A model generated the notes under the pieces. That model was given only the letters and a program-made list of their open reading frames with translations. It was not told where the DNA came from and did no database searches. Of a stretch of 64,000 nt of DNA, positions 13,401 through 24,439 are shown piece by piece. A program made the translations under genes and the position numbers. Origin of the DNA: Nemertoderma westbladi (taxonomy: Eukaryota; Animalia; Xenacoelomorpha); the NCBI GenBank assembly GCA_032718475.1, contig JAUCBJ010004839.1, forward strand, positions 1-64,000, written 5' to 3'. Every line of letters starts with the position of its first letter. The first letter of the stretch is position 1.

Positions 13401-16400
13401 ATGTTCTCTCTGTTCTTGTGTAACTTTTTCCTTACAGAATACCCGTCACACTAATGTTCACTCTGTTGTTATGTTACTTTTTCCTTACAGACTACCCGTC
13501 ACACTAATGTTCTCTCTGTTATGTAACCTTTTCCTTACAGAATACCCGTCACACTAATGTTCACTCTGTTGTTATGTTACTTTTTCCTTACAGACTACCC
13601 GTCACACTAATGTTCTCTCTGTTGTTGTGTAACTTTTTCCTTACAGGCTACCCGTCACACTAATGTTCTCTCTGTTATGTAACCTTTTCCTTACAGGCTA
13701 CCCGTCACACTAATGTTCTTTCTGTTGTTGTGTAACCTTTTCCTTACAGACTACCCGTCACACTAATGTTCTCTCTGTTGTTATGTAACCTTTTCCTTAC
13801 AGACTACCCGTCACACTAATGTTCTCTCTGTTGTTATGTAACCTTTTCCTTACAAACTACCCGTCACACTAATGTTCTCTCTGTTGTTAGGTAACCTTTT
13901 CCTTACAGACTACCCGTCACACTAATGTTCTCTCTGTTGTTGTGTAACTTTTTCCTTACAGACTACCCGTCACACTAATGTTCTCTCTGTTGTTATGTAA
14001 CCTTTTCCTTACAGACTACCCGTCACACTAATGTTCTCTCTGTTGTTGTGTAACTTTTTCCTTACAGACTACCCGTCACACTAATGTTCTCTATGTTGTT
14101 ATGTAATCTTTTCCTTACAGACTACCCGTCACACTAATGTTCTCTCTGTTGTTGTGTAACCTTTTCCTTACAGACTACCCGTCACACTAATGTTCTCTCT
14201 GTTGTTATGTAACCTTTTCCTTACAGACTACCCGTCACACTAATGTTCTCTCTGTTGTTATGTAACCTTTTCCTTACAGACTACCCGTCACACTAATGTT
14301 CTCTCTGTTGTTATGTAACCTTTTCCTTACAGACTACCCGTCACACTAATGTTCTCTCTGTTGTTGTGTAACCTTTTCCTTACAGACTACCCGTCACACT
14401 AATGTTCTCTCTGTTGTTATGTAACTTTTTCCTTACAGGCTACCCGTCACACTAATGTTCTCTCTGTTGTTGTGTAACCTTTTCCTTACAGGCTACCCGT
14501 CACACTAATGTTCTCTCTGTTGTTGTGTAACCTTTTCCTTACAGACTACCCGTCACACTAATGTTCTCTCTGTTGTTATGTAACCTTTTCCTTACAGACT
14601 ACCCGTCACACTAATGTTCTCTCTGTTGTTATGTAACCTTTTCCTTACAGACTACCCGTCACACTAATGTTCTCTCTGTTGTTATGTAACTTTTTCCTTA
14701 CAGGCTACCCGTCACACTAATGTTCTCTCTGTTGTTGTGTAACCTTTTCCTTACAGGCTACCCGTCACACTAATGTTCTCTCTGTTGTTGTGTAACCTTT
14801 TCCTTACAGACTACCCGTCACACTAATGTTCTCTCTGTTGTTATGTAACCTTTTCCTTACAGGCTACCCGTCACACTAATGTTCTCTCTGTTGTTGTGTA
14901 ACCTTTTCCTTACAGACTACCCGTCACACTAATGTTCTCTCTGTTGTTATGTAACCTTTTCCTTACAGGCTACCCGTCACACTAATGTTCTCTCTGTTGT
15001 TATGTAACCTTTCCCTTACAGACTACCCGTCACACTAATGTTCTCTCTGTTGTTATGTAACCTTTTCCTTACAGTCTACCCGTCACACTAATGTTCTCTC
15101 TGTTGTTATGTAACCTTTTCCTTACAGACTACCCGTCACACTAATGTTCTCTCTGTTGTTATGTAACCTTTTCCTTACAGACTACCCGTCACACTAATGT
15201 TCTCTCTGTTGTTATGTAACGTTTTCCTTACAGACTACCCGTCACACTAATGTTATCTCTGTTTTATGTAACCTTTTCCTTACAGGCTACCCGTCACACT
15301 AATGTTGTATTCCGTTCCTGCCCCGACGACGGCCTGGATATCCAGTCGGACGACGCCAGCACCTCGGACACACCCGAGGGGGTTGAGGACGCGGTCGACC
15401 TTCCAACCTGCTCCTTATCGTCGGATAAATACATCGAACCGAGTGCAGCTGCTATTGGTGGGGGAAAGCGGTATGTTGTCCATACGATCTGATCGGGGGA
15501 TATTATTATTAACATCGGTATTTCGAAAAAAAAGTGTATTTTAAGAAACAAAGTTTATCCGTGACTCGGTTGTGTAAAGATTTATGATTCTGTATTGTAA
15601 ACAACTGTAAACGCGGGTCTATAAGACTGTTAAATAGTATCACTTCCCACGTAACACTACTGAGTATCGCACCTCCTGCATCTGTTTAGATTTGACTTTA
15701 TGGGTCTATTTGTTTTTTCTACAGGTTTCAACCCGGACTTTACAAGAGTTACGTCGCGTTTGAAACGACCAAATCAATGCGAGTCGAATTCAACTTCACG
15801 GTTGAGTTTAAAGCTGATCAGAAGGCCGGAGTTATTCTGTACATTGGTAGCCGACAGATTAATTCAGATGATTATCACGCCATATATATGTCGTCCGGCA
15901 AGGTAGGTTGTCGCGCAATATGTAAATATTTTCGGAATTAGGGTGACGTCATATTTATACTAGTGTTAGGACAGTTGCCCCCGTACAGTTGTAGCCCCCC
16001 GGACAATAGCCCCCCGTACAGTAGCCCCCGGACAATAGCCCCCCGTACAGTAGCCCCCGGACAATAGCCCCCCGTACAGTAGCCCCCGGACAATAGCCCC
16101 CCGTACAGTAGCCCCCGGACAATAGCCCCCCGTACAGTAGCCCCCGGACAATAGCCCCCCGTACAGTAGCCCCCGGACAATAGCCCCCCGTACAGTAGCC
16201 CCCGGACAATAGCCCCCCGGACAGTAGCCTCCCGGACAGTAGCACCGGACAGTAGCTCCCGGACAGTAGCCACCAGTTCACTAGCCCCCCGGACAGTTTA
16301 TTAGTAGTTTATTATTATTAGTTATTATTAAGGGGGTGGGAGGGGGTACACCATTTTGGTAAAAAATATCTTGAAATTATTTTTATGATCGATTATACTG

Positions 16401-19400
16401 CTCGATTAAATCTGAAAACCGCTATTTAATAGCTCTTTTAATTTTCAAGTTATGTAAATTTCCATTTAGGGAATCCTATTGAAATTACTATTACTACTGT
16501 ATGTATAATGAAAGGTCGATTATCTCCGAATATTTTTTTTATGAAATATTTTTTACTTCAAAACTCTAACTTCTACAATTTTTGAGCAATTAGTCTGAAA
16601 ATCTCTGTGGGTGTCTACATAGCCACCCTGCATAGAAGTATCAGACATTTTTTTTAAATTTTTAGTTATTAAAATTTAATACTATTTATAACAAACCTAA
16701 AAAATTAGCATAAATTTAGAGCGCCACCTAGCGGTGCAGAATTATTTTCACAAAATTTCGCCTGATAGTTATGTTGCCCCATCTTTGATCTATCATGTAA
16801 AAAAACTTTCATGTGATTTGATTCAAAACTGTAAAAGCCTTAGGGTTTTAAGCGCAACCACGTTTTATTTATTGTTAACTAGTATTAACTAGTATTAAAT
16901 AGCGAAAAAATAAAATTTTTCAAACCTGTCACGTAGAATAACATCTTAGGTACCTAAATTCCAAATTATAACCAAAACCAAATAATTTTGAAACGCTGAG
17001 AGTGATAAATCGAAGAGTTGTCCGAAAATGCCCCCCCCCCCCCCCCCCCCCCCCTTAATAATAGATTATCTCCATATTGTACCGGTACTTCACCTTATTA
17101 CAGCCTACAGGAGGTCCAACACACAATTTAATATAATAATCCCTTCACCTTCGGTCCAATACAACTTTACTCAACATTAATTTGATTGAGCAGATAATAA
17201 TAATATTAATTATTGGTTATTTTCTTTCACTTTAGATCGTCTTCTCTTATAAGTTAGGGAAAGAGGCGGGGGACAACGCGGCCACGTTGCTAAGCAACGA
17301 GATGTACAACAACGACACGTGGTACCGGGTCACAGCGACCCGAACCGGAAGGAAAGCGACACTCCGAATCGGGAATGAGTTCAAAGAAATCACCGCCCAG
17401 GGTACCTCGAAGTCGCTCCGATACGAGCCGCCCTTCCTCCTCGGGGGCGGACCGGACGGCGCGTCCCTCGCCAAGATCAACGCCATCGAGAGGTTGAGCT
17501 TCCCGGGGTGTCTGCGGGAGCCCCGGATATTCGGGGAGCCGCTGGTCTACACGGAGGAAGTCAATGTGTCCGAGTGTCCGGGTTTGTCAGAATCCGGAAT
17601 ATTCTTCGGAAAAGGTGCGTTTAGATGTTTATGTAAACTTGTGTTGATAATGTTAGCGGATTCAGTCCGCTATGCGCTCCAAACCACAAAATGGGGGAGG
17701 TGGTGGGGTGAGGGGGGGGGGGGCAATTTAGCAATATTGGCAGGAACATCCAATAAAAGGACCAAGCGAGCTGGTAGGTGGACTAATAATCCACCTCCGG
17801 TGAGCCAGGAGAGGTAATAAAGCCCAAGGGGACAGCTATATGGGGTGATTTATAAGGCAACCAATGGGAGGGCATTTAGTATCAACCCTAAGGCCATCAT
17901 GGTGCCTTGGCCCAATGGTCGTCATCTTGTTACCTAAATGTATATATAAATTGGTTGTGTGCAGTAGCAGTATCACTCACTTGGCTCTTATTCAGAGCAG
18001 AAGGTGATTAGTTTCCACCTAACTGTAAGCTACCTGTGAACCGTGCAATAAACAGCAAGTTGAGAACATTAGCATTAACCCATAATGTCGAACGGTTGGG
18101 ATCCCGAGGCCAACACAGGATCCCGTTACTGATAATTTTATCACTTTTTGTTAAATTGTGGAGGATATTTAATTCGATGGCTCTATCCATGCCAAACACA
18201 ATACCTCTTAACTTCTACAGCACATATTATGCTGTTTTGCCATTTTTAACGTAAACTATGAATTCTTCACTAATTATTGAGATAAACCTCGTTATATTTA
18301 CAGATGGTGGTTACGTGGAACTGTTTAACACAAGGGAAGGAGATGACGAGTACTTTATGGTCGGTTCCGATATGACTATCGAACTTTCTATTAAACCCAG
18401 GAAACACCACGGCGTTATATTTTACGTGGGGTTGCCGTTCTCGGCAAAAAGCGAATTGAGTGATTTCCTAGCGTTAGAGTTAGTCAACGGCCGATTGGAG
18501 GTTAGTTAGTAGAATTAGTCAACGGCCGATTGGAGGTTAGTTAGTAGAGTTAGTCAATGGCCGATTGGAGGTTAGTTAGTAGAGTTAGTCAACGGCCGAT
18601 TGGAGGTTAGTTAGTAGAGTGTTGTCAACGGCCGATTGGAGGTTAGTTAGTAGAGTTAGTCAATGGCCTATTGGAGGTTAGTTAGTAGAGTTAGTCAACG
18701 GCCGATTGGAGGTTAGTTAGTAGAGTTAGTCAATGGCCGATTGGAGGTTAGTTAGTAGAGTTAATTAGTAGAGTTAGTAAAAGGCCGATTGGAGGTTAGT
18801 TAGTAAAATTAGTCAACGGCCGATTGGAGGTTAGTTAGTAGAGTCAGTCAATGGCCGATTGGAGGTTAGTTAGTAGAGTTAGTCAACGGCCGATTGGAGG
18901 TTAGTTAGTAGAGTGTTGTCAACGGCCGATTGGAGGTTAGTTAGTAGAGTTAGTCAATGGCCTATTGGAGGTTAGTTAGTAGAGTTAGTCAACGGCCGAT
19001 TGGAGGTTAGTTAGTAGAGTTAGTTAGTAGAGTTAGTCAATGGCCGATTGGAGGTTAGTTAGTAGAGTTAATTAGTAGAGTTAGTAAAAGGCCGATTGGA
19101 GGTTAGTTAGTAGAATTAGTCAACGGCCGATTGGAGGTTAGTTAGTTAGTAGAGTTAGTCAACGGCCGATTGGAGGTTAGTTAGTAGAGTTAGTCAATGG
19201 CCTATTGGAGGTTAGTTAGTAGAGTTAGTCAACGGCCGATTGGAGGTTAGTTAGTAGAGTTAGTCAATGGCCGATTGGAGGTTAGTTAGTAGAGTTAATT
19301 AGTAGAGTTAGTAAAAGGCCGATTGGAGGTTAGTTAGTAAAATTAGTCAACGGCCGATTGGAGGTTAGTTAGTAGAGTCAGTCAATGGCCGATTGGAGGT

Positions 19401-22400
19401 TAGTTAGTAGAGTTAGTCAACGGCCGATTGGAGGTTAGTTAGTAGAGTGTTGTCAACGGCCGATTGGAGGTTAGTTAGTAGAGTTAGTCAATGGCCTATT
19501 GGAGGTTAGTTAGTAGAGTTAGTCAACGGCCGATTGGAGGTTAGTTAGTAGAGTTAGTTAGTAGAGTTAGTCAATGGCCGATTGGAGGTTAGTTAGTAGA
19601 GTTAATTAGTAGAGTTAGTAAAAGGCCGATTGGAGGTTAGTTAGTAGAATTAGTCAACGGCCGATTGGAGGTTAGTTAGTTAGTAGAGTTAGTCAACGGC
19701 CGATTGGAGGTTAGTTAGTAGAGTTAGTCAATGGCCTATTGGAGGTTAGTTAGTAGAGTGTTGTCAACGGCCGATTGGAGGTTAGTTAGTAGAGTTAGTC
19801 AATGGCCTATTGGAGGTTAGTTAGTAGAGTTAGTCAACGGCCGATTGGGGGTTAGTTAGTAGAGTTAGTTAGTAGAGTTAGTCAATGGCCGATTGGAGGT
19901 TAGTTAGTAGAGTTAATTAGTAGAGTTAGTAAAAGGCCGATTGGAGGTTAGTTAGTAAAATTAGTCAACGGCCGATTGGAGGTTAGTTAGTAGAGTCAGT
20001 CAATGGCCTATTGGAGGTTAGTTAGTAGAGTTAGTTAATGGCCGATTGGAGTTTAGTTAGTATAGTTAGTCAATGGCCATAATTGGAGTTTAGTTAGTAG
20101 AGTTAGTCAATGGCCGATGGGAGGTTAGTTAGTAGAGTGTTGTCAACGGCCAATGGGAGGTTAGTTAGTAGAGTTAGTCAACGGCCGATTGGAGGTTAGT
20201 TAGTAGAGTTAGTCAACGGCCGATTGTAGTTTAGTTAGTAGAGTTAATCAACGGCCGATGGGAGGTTAGTTAGTAGAGTGTTGTCAACGGCCGATTGGAG
20301 TTTAGTTAGTAGAATTTGTTAGTAGAGTTAGTCAAAGGCCGATGGGAGGTTAGTTAGTGGAGTGTTGTCAACGGCCGATTGGAGTTTAATTAGTAGAGTT
20401 TGTTAGTAGAGTTAGTTAGTACAGTTGGTCAATGGCCGATTGGAGTTTAGTTAGTATAGTTAGTCAATGGCCAATTGGAGTTTAGTTAGTAGAGTTAGTC
20501 AACGGCCGATGGGAGGTTAGTTAGTATAGTTAGTTAGTAGAGTTAGTTAGTAGAGTTAATTAGTAGAGTTAGTCAAAGGCCGATGGGAGGTTAGTTAGTA
20601 GAGTGTTGTCAACGGCCGATTGGAGTTTAGTTAGTAGAGTTTGTTAGTAGAGTTAGTCAAAGGCCGATGGGAGGTTAGTTAGTGGAGTGTTGTCAACGGC
20701 CGATTGGAGTTTAGTTAGTAGAGTTTGTTAGTAGAGTTAGTTAGTACAGTTAGTCAATGGCCGATTGGAGTTTAGTTAGTAGAGTTAGTCAATGGCCGAT
20801 TTGAGGTTAGTTAGTAGAGTTAGTCAATGGCCGATGGGAGGTTAGTTAGTGGAGTGTTGTCAACGGCCGATTGGAGTTTAGTTAGTAGAGTTAGTCAAAG
20901 GCCGATGGGAGGTTAGTTAGTGGAGTGTTGTCAACGGCCGATTGGAGTTTAGTTAGTAGAGTTTGTTAGTAGAGTTAGTCAAAGGCCGATGGGAGGTTAG
21001 TTAGTGGAGTGTTGTCAACGGCCGATTGGAGTTTAGTTAGTAGAGTTTGTTAGTAGAGTTAGTTAGTGCAGTTAGTCAATGGCCGATTGGAGTTTAGTTA
21101 GTATAGTTAGTCAATGGCCAATTGGAGTTTAGTTAGTAGAGTTAGTCAACGGCCGATGGGAGGTTAGTTAGTAGAGTTAGTTAGTAGAGTTAGTTAGTAG
21201 AGTTAATTAGTAGAGTTAGTCAAAGGCCGATGGGAGGTTAGTTAGTAGAGTGTTGTCAACGGCCGATTGGAGTTTAGTTAGTAGAGTTTGTTAGTAGAGT
21301 TAGTCAAAGGCCGATGGGAGGTTAGTTAGTGGAGTGTTGTCAACGGCCGATTGGAGTTTAGTTAGTAGAGTTAGTCAACGGCCGATGGGAGGTTAGTTAG
21401 TAGAGTTAGTTAGTAGAGTTAGTTAGTAGAGTTAATTAGTAGAGTTAGTCAAAGGCCGATGGGAGGTTAGTTAGTAGAGTGTTGTCAACGGCCGATTGGA
21501 GTTTAGTTAGTAGAGTTTGTTAGTAGAGTTAGTCAAAGGCCGATGGGAGGTTAGTTAGTGGAGTGTTGTCAACGGCCGATTGGAGTTTAGTTAGTAGAGT
21601 TTGTTAGTAGAGTTAGTTAGTACAGTTAGTCAATGGCCGATTGGAGTTTAGTTAGTAGAGTTAGTCAATGGCCGATTGGAGGTTAGTTAGTAGAGTTAAT
21701 TAGTAGAGTTAGTCAAAGGCCGATTGTTATTTAGATCGTAGAGTTAGTCAATGGCCGATTGGGGGTTAGTTAGTAGAGTTAGTCAATGGCCGATGGGAGG
21801 TTAGTTAGTAGAGTGTTGTCAACGGCCGATTGGAGTTTGTTAGTAGAGTTAGTTAGTAGCGTTAGTCAATGGCCGATTGGAGGTTAGTTAGTAGAGTTAG
21901 TCAACGGCCGATTGGAGGTTAGTTAGTAGAGTTAGTCAATGGCCGATTTGAGGTTAGTTAGTAGAGTTAGTCAATGGCCGATTTGAGGTTAGTTAGTAGA
22001 GTTAGTCAATGGCCGATTTGAGGTTAGTTAGTAGAGTTAGTCAATGGCCGATGGGACTTAGTTATTAGAGTTAGTTAGTACAGTTACTCAATGGCCGATT
22101 GGAGTTTAGTTAGTAGAGTTAGTCAATGGCCGATGGGAGTTAGTTATTAGAGTTAGTTAGTACAGTTAGTCAATGGCCGATTGGAGTTTAGTTAGTAGAG
22201 TTAGTCTTACTTGGCTAGTTAGCTATATAGTTAGTTTTACTTACCATAGGCGTATAGGGTTCCTGTGTTCTGTGGTCTGACTTCTGTTTGGGCTAGGTGG
22301 TAACAGAGTTGATGGTGCGATTAATTTAGGTCATTGGTGCATTATAGAGATAGGCTTGGCTAATTCCCTGTGCAGCTGACGAGGTGTCGAGGATTAGCGC

Positions 22401-24235
22401 GTACTGGTCCAAGACACCGAAGCGCAACCATATTTTTCACAAATTAATTATTTTTGCCTCAGTCATACCCCTTTCACGGGGACAAAATTGTCATATATTT
22501 TCTTATATTTTTCTTATATAGGCTTAGCTATTGTGCAGTTTATTAACGGTATCGTTTAGTGTATGGCGGGTAGGCTTAGGATTAGGGTTGCGACACATAC
22601 CTGTATGTTTAGCATGTATTTATATTTGTTTGTGTTTGTGTGTTTGTTGTTCTTCGATGACCCTAGGGGTCGAGAAATATTTTGGGCTAAATGTCCTAAT
22701 TCTATAATTTTATTGGGGGTGTAAGACTCCTGTTCTTCCTTTTTAAGTTAATATATTTCTAAATATATGACTGACTGACAAACCAACCAACCGAACGACG
22801 GACAGACTACATTCCACCAAATACTAAAACTGACATCGGAAATGTAATCAGCGACCCCGAGAACCCCTGTAAATACTTTTAGCTCGGTGGTGTGCCTTAT
22901 GTCAGACACTATTAACCAACCAGACCGCATGCAGGCAATTGTGCGCGGGAAGGTTTGAACTTTGAAAGGTGATTATCTCCGAATGACGTTTTTTCGCTCG
23001 AAAAATACTTCCCCTCCGCCATTTCTTAACCGTTTTTTTTGCAAATTTTGATTTATATGAAAGGTAATTTTATAAGCTTCATTAAATTTTGACCAGATTT
23101 TTTTTTTATTTCATAATATTTCCCCAAGTTTTTTATGAAAAATTAAAAAAAACATGGGTTTTTAATTTTTTTTATTTTAATTTTTTTTTTAATCGTCAAT
23201 TATCAGAGTAAATGAAAATACAAAAAGTGGTCGAAAAATAAAGTGAAAAAAAGTTTGATAAAGTGCTGGTTCCCAAAAATATCGTATTGAATAATAAAAT
23301 CTTTTTAGCGAAAATTTTTAAATCTTACGCGAGCCGCTAGGGGGCGCCAAAAATTTTTCAAAATTTTTTTCAAATTTTTATTTACTGTACTTTAGTTCAT
23401 TCTCTTTTCGATGGTATATCGTTTTCTATGCATTTTTGCATTTTTGAAAAAATAAATTTTAATCTAAATAATTTGTGGATATATAATTGTTGTGTATTAT
23501 TTTTTAGGCTTCTGTTAGCAACGGTGCAGAAACAATATCATCGGTATACGATCCTCGTGACGTCATCCGTGACGCACCCGTGTCGCTATGCGACGGCCAA
23601 TGGCATTCGGTGAAGGTCACCAAGGGGAAGGCATCGCTCCAATTAGAAGTTGATGGAATTATCGGGGTTTTAAGGAATGGTGATGGTTCGGATTCCAGCA
23701 GTATTAGCAGCGATACAAAGTCATCTCTCTATCTGGGAAGCTTTGATCGTAAGTGTTATTGGTTACCATGGATACAATAAAGTTCTAGAACCGTCGGAGT
23801 CAGTAATTATTCAAATTGTAACCAAGTACATATCTTTTTTAATTATACTAAATAATTAATTAAGTTCGCAACACTAGGGGTCCCCTCACGACGGAACAGA
23901 TAGAGGGGGGGGGGGGGGGGGGGGGGGGCATTCGACATTATTATTCCCTCGCCATGGAAATATCGATGAAAATAACAGCTGATTATTCCCAGATATTGGA
24001 CAGCTCTTTCTAAGATCATGTAATAATTGATAAATTAGTTTTATAATCAATCGTATATAATATATATATATATTATTTATCAGGAAACAGTGTTGATGGC
24101 AGACAGCTGAGTAACCCTGACAATCATTACGTTGGATGCGTTAAAGGTATTCAAATATTTGGCAAACGCCAATCCCATTTGTCAAAACACCCAAGATCCG
24201 GAGATGTTTTCCTTTCGGCGTGCCCGTTGGAATAG
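1225..24235 (+). CDS. LAMA: Laminin alpha chain, 3' part (LG1 partial to LG5), 13 exons; 5' part lies upstream of the window
   Basis: Manual splicing of 1225-1488, 1741-1927, 2441-2652, 2762-2942, 3076-3184, 4353-4572, 5354-5560, 15286-15470, 15725-15902, 17236-17614, 18304-18500, 23508-23748 and 24084-24235 gives 2712 nt in one frame with GT-AG introns. It has five LamG-type modules (FYIGGVP, FDGRGY, FQGCL, DNNKWH, SLCDGQWH, YVGCV), an acidic LG3-LG4 linker and a terminal CPLE*. Subfamily not resolved. Confidence 0.88.
1741..1927 (+). CDS. Laminin alpha exon (LG2 start)
   Basis: tttcag| LELGG...FQFDGRGYVAI...LLFYFL |gtgggt; phase 1 matches next exon. Confidence 0.82.
2441..2652 (+). CDS. 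Laminin alpha exon (LG2)
   Basis: ttgcag| NKTQAFLSVELVNGYIRIQFDLGGG...EFLE |gtgagt. Confidence 0.88.
2762..2942 (+). CDS. Laminin alpha exon (LG2 end)
   Basis: ttccag| FKDIDID...YIGGVP...FQGCLRDI...GVAA |gtagga. Confidence 0.88.
3076..3184 (+). CDS. Laminin alpha exon (LG3 start)
   Basis: ttacag| GCSGSPPAVYKGVFSQGYIQM...IEF |gtaaga; too short for the ORF track. Confidence 0.82.
3610..4053. mobile_element. MITE-like element with ~38-bp terminal inverted repeats
   Basis: acaattgaaagcggagagtc (3610-3629) versus gactctccgctttcaattgt (4034-4053); inverted repeat extends inward through gcgttttttgacac / gtgtcaaaaaacgc; no ORF. Confidence 0.65.
4353..4572 (+). CDS. Laminin alpha exon (LG3)
   Basis: ttccag| FRTVQSDSMLMF...LDNNKWHYV...SELT |gtgagt. 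Confidence 0.88.
4701..5085. repeat. 30-bp intronic minisatellite, ~13 copies
   Basis: Unit cggacccagtaacatagcgccccctaccgg. Confidence 0.95.
5354..5560 (+). CDS. Laminin alpha exon (LG3 end)
   Basis: ttttag| INDYQ...IFLGGAP...YSGCLQSV...NFVE |gtaagt. Confidence 0.88.
5909..6897 (+). pseudogene. LINE ORF1 remnant (stops and frameshifts)
   Basis: Coiled-coil-like N-terminus at 5909-6130 ending in TAG TAG; later fragments include NPDNWEDGVVIRNY; located upstream of the APE domain. Confidence 0.55.
7020..11700 (+). pseudogene. LINE ORF2 (AP endonuclease and reverse transcriptase), disrupted
   Basis: Fragments 7169-7880, 10024-10768 and 10902-11189. Frameshifts, a stop at 10766, the KAFD-type RT motif absent (internal deletion) and a 2.1-kb insertion. 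Confidence 0.85.
7881..10023. mobile_element. Non-autonomous CACTA/EnSpm(CMC)-like DNA transposon nested in LINE ORF2
   Basis: TIR ccctgcaaacaat / attgtttgcaggg; 2-bp TSD aa; many subterminal aacat/atgtt motifs; excision restores the frame KQCHAARKKL. Confidence 0.8.
12130..15306 (+). repeat. 53-bp tandem array (~60 copies) spanning the laminin intron/exon acceptor junction
   Basis: Unit gttctctctgttgttatgtaaccttttccttacag|actacccgtcacactaat; the last unit runs into the exon at 15286. Confidence 0.95.
15286..15470 (+). CDS. Laminin alpha exon (LG3 C-terminal Cys and LG3-LG4 linker)
   Basis: ttacag| ATRHTNVVFRSCPDD...GGGKR |gtatgt; the acceptor is the last unit of the 53-bp array. Confidence 0.82.
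15725..15902 (+). CDS. Laminin alpha exon (LG4 start)
   Basis: ctacag| FQPGLYKSYVAF...FKADQKAGVILYIG...MSSGK |gtaggt. Confidence 0.86.
15969..16296. repeat. 29-bp (14+15 dimer) C-rich minisatellite
   Basis: Unit ggacaatagccccccgtacagtagccccc. Confidence 0.92.
16332..17054. mobile_element. TTAA-flanked MITE with poly-G/poly-C termini (Kolobok-like)
   Basis: ttaa|gggggtgggagggggtacaccatttt ... aaaatgcccc(C)n|ttaa; no ORF. Confidence 0.6.
17236..17614 (+). CDS. Laminin alpha exon (LG4)
   Basis: ctttag| IVFSYKLG...YNNDTWYRV...FLLGG...FPGCLR...GIFFGK |gtgcgt. Confidence 0.9.
18304..18500 (+). CDS. Laminin alpha exon (LG5 start)
   Basis: ttacag| DGGYVELF...IKPRKHHGVIFYVG...DFLALELVNGRLE |gttagt. 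Confidence 0.9.
18475..22206 (+). repeat. 35-bp tandem array (~100 copies) spanning the laminin exon/intron donor junction
   Basis: Unit agttagtcaacggccgattggag|gttagttagtag; the first unit is the coding end (ELVNGRLE) of exon 18304-18500. Confidence 0.95.
22750..23460. repeat. Probable dispersed repeat remnant related to the 16332-17054 element
   Basis: Shares gaaaggt(c)gattatctccgaat (about 16510 and 22965), a ccgctagg(g/t)ggcgc motif and A/T-tract-rich texture. Confidence 0.35.
23508..23748 (+). CDS. Laminin alpha exon (LG5)
   Basis: ttttag| ASVSNGAE...SLCDGQWHSVKV...LEVDG...LYLGSFD |gtaagt. Confidence 0.9.
24084..24235 (+). CDS. Laminin alpha terminal coding exon
   Basis: tatcag| NSVDG...YVGCVKGIQI...GDVFLSACPLE* (TAG 24233-24235). 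Confidence 0.88.
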
Positions 24236-24273
24236 AACTGCAGACGGCGTGCCCGTTGGAATAGAACTGCAGA
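24216..24273 (+). repeat. 29-bp direct duplication spanning the laminin stop codon
   Basis: cggcgtgcccgttggaatagaactgcaga x2. Confidence 0.92.
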
Positions 24274-24439
24274 AGATATCAATCGTCGCATTCATTTAGG
24301 TCACCTAGTTTCTTACAATTAACTTTCTTTTTAGAATTTATTGATATTATTTAACTACAACTATATATACAGATATCGGAGTTTTGTTTTAAAATTATGA
24401 TACTTTTATAAATTTTATGTTCAATATCTGTTTAATTTT

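Noticed and set aside
15938-16281. Gly/Cys/Tyr-rich ORFs
   Set aside because: Translations of the 29-bp minisatellite
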